DNA of 63,533 nucleotides, the filler included, from Blastocystis sp. subtype 4 (Eukaryota): assembly GCF_000743755.1 (NCBI RefSeq). It is 21 parts of 21 records of this genome, joined end to end, with 100 filler letters (N's around TTAATTAATTAA, not from the genome) between each part and the next. Parts side by side here need not be neighbours in the genome. Positions count along the whole stretch, not along the records: positions 55,416 to 58,063 come from NW_014568908.1; positions 58,164 to 60,804 come from NW_014568907.1; positions 60,905 to 63,533 come from NW_014568906.1; 18 more parts are not named here. One strand, given 5' to 3'. Numbering within the stretch: the first letter of the stretch is position 1; each line of letters starts with the position of its first letter. The position numbers were made by a program, and so were the translations under genes. The notes beneath the pieces are model-generated. The model ran no database searches. It was given only the letters and a program-made list of their open reading frames with translations, and was not told the origin of the DNA. Positions 55,805 to 63,533 of the stretch are shown here, in pieces.

Positions 55805-56146
55805 TTACAGAGGCTGATAAATGCGCTGCATCTGGGGATTCGTAGGATGCGGTTGAAGTTTAGGAGAAGGCTTATTTTGTACATGGTTAGCAATTTCACG
55901 TAGATCAGCCTTAGGAATAGGCTTTTCTGCTGGTACAGCACCAGGAGTAGTAGTAATTACATTATCAGTAGCTGTACTTGTTCCATATAGAATTGACTTC
56001 ATCCTACTTCTTAGTCGCAAATCCATATCCCACTCAGGAGAGGCCTCTTTTGCAGCAGGAACATATGTAGCAGGCTTTGTTCTTGCACCACCAACGACAT
56101 TAGCCTGCTCTGCACCAGCATTCTTCAATGCAGTTTTAGGATCCAT
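55805..56146 (-). CDS. Hypothetical 113-aa protein (possibly a last exon)
   Basis: Coding-like ORF; no family recognised. Confidence 0.45.
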   Translation of the reverse strand: MDPKTALKNAGAEQANVVGGARTKPATYVPAAKEASPEWDMDLRLRSRMKSILYGTSTATDNVITTTPGAVPAEKPIPKADLREIANHVQNKPSPKLQPHPTNPQMQRIYQPL

Positions 56147-56911
56147 CTACGTCAACCATTAGCATGGAACACTTGAGATATAAGGATCCTACTATAGTAC
56201 TTAAGAATGAAAGAAATAATGAAAAGATCTTTCTAAAACCGATTAAACGGGAATCCGAACATTCTACCCATAGATCTTCTATCTTTTGTAGTCATCTGTT
56301 CTGTTCTAGAAAATGATCTAAAGAGGATAGGAATGATACAAAACAATATGGGTGGTATTCATACTCGTTCTTGTTCTATGAATGGAATCTTCGTCAAGTC
56401 TTTTCGAGTATGAGTCTATATAATAATATCTGGAATCAATATCCATTTATATAGAAGAGTGAATTCGTCGTTACTAACAAAGACTTCATTCAGATGTTAG
56501 GATTAATGGTATCCCAACCACATTTATCTGTTTTATAACCATCTTTGTGATTATAATGATGTGGAAAGACATCGACATAACCACTATTTCGATTCTTCGT
56601 ATTGGAATCGATGAAAAGTAGACTCTGTAAATCCTCTTTCATTGTATCCATGCTAGTGAACATAGCACTTATGAAATGTCAATAGCTTAGAAAACAGACA
56701 ACTAGTAGAAACTGAGTCAACAATCTTCATCTCGGTATGAAACGTCGTGTAGAAGAACACATTTCTTCTATGTACCTCCTCTTTATTTTCTTTATATATT
56801 AAAGATACAAGAGAATAAAGCTATTGATAAAAAGCATAAATGATTGGCTAATTGATAAGTGGTAAAAGGTAGTAACTAGAGAATACTACATTCTTTTCTT
56901 TGATCTTTGTG

Positions 56912-58063
56912 ATGGAGTACTCGAAACTGTACATGATATGGGTTATACAATTGATTGAATAGTGGTAAAACTTTGATGACCATTCCCCCTTTCTCTCCCT
57001 ACATGAGAGATGGTGTGAAGTACTCTGAGAATCCCTGGAGTCCGGAGCATCCTGACCGTGTGATGAACATTTCTTGTGCTGAAAACATCTATATGTGGGA
57101 TAAGTTCAAGGCTCGTTATCCTAAATTCTGTCAGCTTCATGATGCTGATAATATGTATGCTATCAGCTGTTCTGGACGTAAGTATTTGCGTCATGCTCTT
57201 GCTGATTTCATGACTAAGGAAGTCTGTAAGACTCCTATTGCCTATAATGAGATTACCGTGCTTACTGGATCGGGTGCTTCTATGGATGTGCTTGGTTCTA
57301 CTCTCTTTGATGCTGGTGATGCCTACATTGTGATTACTCCTGGTTTTGTGAAGTTCTCTCGTGATATGTCTTTACGTAATGGTGCTGTGATGTACAAGGC
57401 TGATATTTCCGAGAACAATTACATCGTGACTGAGGAGATTCTGGAGAAGACCCGTCAACAGGCAGAAGCTGAGGGTCATCATGTGAAGATGTTGATCGTG
57501 ACTAATCCTTCCAATCCTACTGGATATGTATATTCAGAACAGGAGTTGCGAATGATGCTGGCCTGGTGCAGAAAGCATAGTATCCATCTGTTCTCGGATG
57601 AGATCTATGCCCTCTCAACCAAGCCTCGTGAACTGTGTAAGGAGGGAGAGCACGAGTTCGTGAGTTATGCCAAGATCATTGAGGGTGATACCAAGAATAA
57701 TGATGTGACTGTATTGTGGGGTATGTCAAAGGATTTCGGTCTCTCTGGTTTCCGTTTCTCTCTTCTCTGGACCAAGAATACCGATATGTTGCGTGCCTTT
57801 GCTGAATTGGCTCACTTCTGTGAAGAGTCTTCAGTGTGTCAGACTGTGATTGCGAACATGCTGAATGATGAGGAATACATCAAGGATCATATGCATACCC
57901 TGCGTTACAGTGTTTGGGAAGGTCGTAAGATTGCCGAGAACTTCTTCAAGGAGAATAATATTCCTTTCATTCCTGGAACTGCTGGTTATTTCTGTTGGAT
58001 CAATCTGAAGGACTATATGATTGGTGATACCTTTGAGGATGAGGAGAAACTGTACAACTATAT
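56912..58063 (+). CDS. PLP-dependent class I/II aminotransferase, ACC-synthase-like, 3'-truncated
   Basis: CAEN, TNPSNPTG, SDEIYA, GMSKDFGLSGFR (PLP lysine), AGYFCW; short first intron. Confidence 0.88.
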
Positions 58064-59243
58064 NNNNNNNNNNNNNNNNNNNNNNNNNNNNNNNNNNNNN
58101 NNNNNNNTTAATTAATTAANNNNNNNNNNNNNNNNNNNNNNNNNNNNNNNNNNNNNNNNNNNNATCGATGATGAGGTAGATGATTATGATATGATGAGTG
58201 TTGGTGTGAAAGTATATGATGATAGTGTTACAAATGATCCAGTAGAAGAAACAGAGAATAAGAGAAGAGCATACAAATCATTGAATGGTGTAGGAGGATT
58301 TCGAACTCAAGCAGTTAGTTGTGGTAAGTTGTGTGCTGCTAGAACAAAGAGATTGGCATTGTAAGATAGCTGAAGAACATAGTCTTTTCTTTTGACTTTG
58401 TGTGTTCGTTTAGTCATTTGAACATGCCAGGAGTTCGTATGAGTGATTTGCGTTGGGTTCAGTTTGATGTGCGTGATCATCATGTAAAAATGGTGTCAAT
58501 CACATCAACATCTCTTCGGATTAATTGTGAATAGGAACGTGCAACAAACTGTGAGGAGTTATTGCTAATTCATCTACAAAGTAGATTAATTGATTGGAAT
58601 AATGATTCTTTTTCACTTAGGAGGCGGTCAGATAATGAAATCAACTCAACTTATCTTTCAATACACCCTGATTGGTGTGATTATGGAGATAATTCTTATT
58701 GGAGGAGGTTGTTTGTCAACTAGTCTAACAGAATTCCAGAAAACAGTTCTAAAGCATTTTCTTAGAAGTCTCCACTACCATCTACTGATTTGGCTGACTA
58801 TGGCTTATTCAAGGTGTTTGACACCTAGCAGCACCACATTAATAATATATCAGTTAATGTATCCATCCCAAATAGTGTCGAACTGATTGTGTCTATTTCG
58901 TTGAATCATCTGACTAGCCACCACAAATCAGTACCAATCAAATCATTTAGTCTATTACTTGGCTATTCATGATTGTCACTACATCGATTCCATGTTTATC
59001 ATTGAGCTATCTATTAGACATATTAGTGCATACTACGGTCATACCATTTGTTGGTGGGACATGGGCAACGCCTCCCACCTGAACCCCGTGACCTCTATAA
59101 GTAGAAGTGAATTTGTTTGTAGATTATGAACGGAATTATAGAAATGTATTTCGAAATAGCAGTTATGAATGATTGATAATGATCCAATAAGATAACCTAT
59201 AATGAATTCATTATAGTGGATTGCTTTTCACTTATAAACTGAT

Positions 59244-60804
59244 ATGAGTAATATCATTGTTGCAAATTGTTGTTCATCTCTTGAATTCCTTGGTGATTAT
59301 ATGATAAAGAGTGTTGAAGTGAAGAATGATGATGAATTGACTAAAGAAAAGATAATGAGATTAATGATAGATAATGAAGAGTATGAGTTGAGAGTATCAA
59401 TGAAAGAAGGAAAAAATGAAGGAATTGGAGTGATTGTGAGGAAGAATGGAACACTGTTTATGAGAATGACATTTGTGAATGATGAATGTGAAGGAGAAGT
59501 GATAAAGAAGAATAAGTATGGAAATACAGTGTTGAAAGGAAGAGTATCAAAAGGAAAGGAAGTTGGAATATGGATAGAATATGATGATGGTGGAAATGAG
59601 ATATGGAGAGGATTCTATCGAAATGGAAAGCGATATTTGGTATTAAAGGAACGAGAAGGAATGAAAGGATTCTATTCAGAGATGAGTGTGAATGGAGAAT
59701 TGTTGAATGTAAGTGAATATGATGATGAATGGATGAAGAATGGTAAGTGTTTTGAGTGTGAAGGAGGAAGAATGGTTAGAGAATGTGAATACAAGAATGG
59801 AGTAATGATGAGAGTATTGAGAGAATGGAAAGGAGAAGTAATGATTGAATATGATGTGAATGGAATGAGAGTATATGAAGGAGGATTTGAAGGAGATATG
59901 ATGAAAGGATTTGTTCGAGAAGGAGAAGGAACTGAATATGGAATTAATGGAAAGAGTGCATTGTATGTAGGTGGATGGAAGAATGGAAAGAGAGAAGGAT
60001 ATGGAAGTGAATTCAAAGGTTTGAATCCAGTTTATATTGGAGAATGGAAGAATGGAATGAAACATGGAATAGGAAAAGAGTTGAATGAAAAGGAAGTGGT
60101 AAGAAAAGGAAGATGGATCAAAGATGAGTATGGTAATATGAAACGATTTGAAGATGGATATGGAAGTGATTTGAGTGTATTTGATATTGATTGTTTGAAA
60201 GAAATTGAGAGACTTGAGATTGGAAATCATTGTTTTAAGAAATTGAATCGATTTGTGATTGATGGATTGAATGAATTGAAGAGTGTAATTATTGGAAAGA
60301 ATAGCTTTTCTCTCAGTAATGCTACTAGAAAAGGAAACAAGTGCTTGATAATGAATTGTAATGAATTGAGTGAAATCCACATTGGGGAAAAGTCATTCTT
60401 TGATTATGAATCATTTGAATTGAAGAATCTTCCTTCTCTCATATCCATTCAACTGGATGATGCAGTATTATTTAGGTGTCATTCGATAGTATTTGAGAGT
60501 ATGAAAGATTGAATGAATGATGAATGAGATCTGACTCAACTTCAGTCCATAACTCTTGGATATGGGGCTTTATTCAGTGACAATAATACTAAAGAAACGA
60601 ATGAATTGATAATGAAGAGTATGTATGATAATGATGATTGATTGATAAGATCTCCCTTCACTGTCTCTAATCAACGGAGATAGTTACAATCTCTTTTGTA
60701 TAGGCAAAGTGATATTGGAGAGTGACGATTGATGGTTGTATTTGAATTAGACATTCCATCACTCACTGAACAAGGAATTAAGAATAATTGTAGTTCATTA
60801 TATA
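59244..60804 (+). CDS. MORN+LRR-like family paralog, 3'-truncated
   Basis: Highly similar to 474-2422 but one ~100-aa MORN block shorter; same intron positions. Confidence 0.85.
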
Positions 60805-60904
60805 NNNNNNNNNNNNNNNNNNNNNNNNNNNNNNNNNNNNNNNNNNNNTTAATTAATTAANNNNNNNNNNNNNNNNNNNNNNNNNNNNNNNNNNNNNNNN
60901 NNNN

Positions 60905-63533
60905 CATCTCAATCAGTAACTATCGAAGCATTCAATGAAGTAAGTAATCAATTTCACACTATCACATTCACCATTCTCACTCCTATCTCTTCATTCTCTT
61001 ATCCTCAATCATCTTATGTTCTATCAAAGAACAATTCATTCTCTATCATTCCCACTGTTGATGGAGATGAACTATCATTCTCGATTACATCAGGATCTCT
61101 TCCTATTGGTCTATCTCTCAATTCATCTACTGGAATCATCTCAGGAATTCCTTCTCAGGCTATGTCATCTCAATCAGTAACCATCAATGCTCTCAATCAA
61201 GTGAGTGATCAATCATTCTCTCTTTCATTTACTGTTATCACTCCCATCTCTTCATTCAACTATTCTCAATCTTCATTTGCTCTTACAAAAGATGAATCAT
61301 TCTCTATCGTTCCTACCTCTATCATTTCAGGATCTCTTCCTATTGGTTTATCTCTCAATTCAACAACAGGAATGATATATGGAATTTCTTCTCAATTTGT
61401 GTCATCTCAATCAGTCACAATCGAAGCATTCAATGAAGTGAGTAATCAATTTAACACTATCACATTCACCATTCTCACTCCTATCACTTCATTCTCTTAT
61501 CTTCAATCATCTTATGTTCTGCCAATTAATGGTTCGTTTTCTGTTGCTCCGACTGTTGATGGAGATCAACTATCATTCTCTATCATTTCAGGATCTCTTC
61601 CTATTGGTCAACAGGAATCATCTCAGGAATTCCTTCTCAGACTGTGTCATCTCAATTGATCACAATCAAAGCATTCAATGAAGTGAGTGATCAATCATTC
61701 TCTCTTTCATTCACTGTTATCACTCCCATTTCTTCATTCTCATATCCTCTGTCTTCATATGTTCTATCAAAGAACAGTCCATTCTCTGTTTCTCCTTCTG
61801 TTGATGGAGATGAACTATCATTCTCTATCATTTCAGGATCTCTTCCTATTGGTGGTTTATCTCTCAATTCAACAACAGGAATGATATATGGAATTCCTTC
61901 TCAATTTGTGTCATCTCAATCAGTCACAATCGAAGCATTCAATGAAGTGAGTAATCAATCATTCTCTCTTTCATTTACTGTTATCACTCCTATCACTTCA
62001 TTCTCTTATCTTCAATCATCTTATGTTCTGCCAATTAATGGTTCGTTTTCTGTTGCTCCGACTGTTGATGGAGATGAATTATCATTCTCTATCATTTCAG
62101 GATCTCTTCCTATTGGTCTATCTCTCAATTCAACAACAGGAATCATCTCTGGATCTCCTTCTCAATTACTCTCTTCTCCTCTTCTCAATTGATCACAATC
62201 AAAGCTTCAAATCAAGTGAGTGATCAATCATTCTCTCTTTCATTTACTATTCTCACTCCTATCTCTTCATTCTCATATCCTTTATCTTCATATGTTCTAT
62301 CAAAGAACAATTCATTCTCTATCATTCCTACAATCAATGGAGATCAACTATCATTCTCTATCATTTCAGGATCTCTTCCTATCTCTCAATTCAACAACAG
62401 GAATGATATATGGAATTCCTTCTCAATTTGTGTCATCTCAATCAGTAACAATCGAAGCATTCAATGAAGTAAGTAATCAATTTAACACTATCACATTCAC
62501 CATTCTCACTCCCATCTCTTCATTCTCTTATCTTCAATCATCTTATGTTCTATCAAGAGATGATCCTGTTTCAATCATTCCTACAGTCAATGGAGATGAA
62601 CTATCATTCTCGATTACATCAGGATCACTACCAATAGGTCTATCTCTCAATTCATCTACTGGAATCATCTCAGGAATTCCTTCTCAGGCTATGTCATCTC
62701 AATCAGTAACCATCAATGCTCTCAATCAAGTGAGTAATCAATCATTCTCTCTTTCATTTACTGTTCTCACTCCCATCTCTTCATTCAACTATTCTCAATC
62801 TTCATTTGCTCTTACAAAAGATGAATCATTCTCTATCATTCCTATTGTCAATGGAGATGAATTATCATTCTCTATCATTTCAGGATCTCTTCCTATTGGT
62901 TTATCTCTCAATTCAACAACAGGAATGATATATGGAATTCCTTCTCAATCCATCATATCTCAATCAGTAACAATCGAAGCATTCAATGAAGTGAGTGATC
63001 AATCATCAATCATTCTCTCTTTCATTCACTGTTATCACTCCTATCTCTTCATTCTCATATCCTTTATCTTCATATGTTCTATCAAAGAACAATTCATTCT
63101 CTATCATTCCTATTGTCAATGGAGATCTCATATCCTTTATCTTCATATGTTCTATCAAAGAACAATTCATTCTCTATCATTCCTATTGTCAATGGAGATC
63201 AATTATCATTCTCTATCATTTCAGGATCTCTTCCTATTGGTCTATCTCTCAATTCAACAACAGGAATGATATATGGAATTCCTTCTCAATTTGTGTCATC
63301 TCGCATTCAATGAAGTGAGTGATCAATCATTCTCTCTTTCATTTACTATTCTCACTCCTATCTCTTCATTCAACTATTCTCAATCTTCATTTGCTCTTAC
63401 AAAAGATGAATCATTCTCTATCGTTCCTACAGTGGATGGAGATCAACTATCATTCTCTATCATTTCAGGATCTCTTCCTATTGGTTTATCTCTCAATTCA
63501 ACAACAGGAATGATATATGGAATTTCTTCTCAA
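60905..63533 (+). repeat. Tandem array of ~250-bp He_PIG-like Ig repeats (surface protein gene), many frameshifts
   Basis: About 10 units of TPISSFSY...GDxLSFSIISGSLPIGLSLNSTTGxIxG. Confidence 0.85.

Overview
This window is not contiguous DNA. It is about 21 short (2.6-4 kb) contigs joined by artificial 100-nt spacers (N44-TTAATTAATTAA-N44). The content is eukaryotic and gene-dense, with ~29-34-nt GT-AG introns and TGTTTGTT elements just after gene ends. That combination points strongly to a low-GC Blastocystis (stramenopile gut protist); the taxon is an inference. Recognisable housekeeping genes, several cut by contig ends, are an ABCC transporter, RPS21, an ArfGAP, an SLC13/DASS transporter, a DEAD-box helicase, CDC5, a class II (B12) ribonucleotide reductase, RPC7, SLBP, SCS-beta, an eIF2alpha kinase, a kinesin, a RING protein, eEF2, a CTL/SLC44 transporter, RPL7, tRNA-Lys(CTT) and an ACC-synthase-like aminotransferase. 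Expanded families are also present: MORN+LRR-like proteins, F5/8-like/He_PIG surface proteins and glycosyltransferases. The most notable signal is a set of intronless, decayed Polinton/Maverick-like or Polinton-like-virus relics on separate contigs. These are a protein-primed PolB apparently lacking its exonuclease region, a PolA-like (TVpol-type) polymerase fused to an SF3 helicase, and penton-like ORFs; most sit beside the same dispersed repeat. Also seen: a perfect 99-bp inverted repeat bracketing a MORN-LRR gene, and direct examples of stop codons predicted to be completed by polyadenylation.
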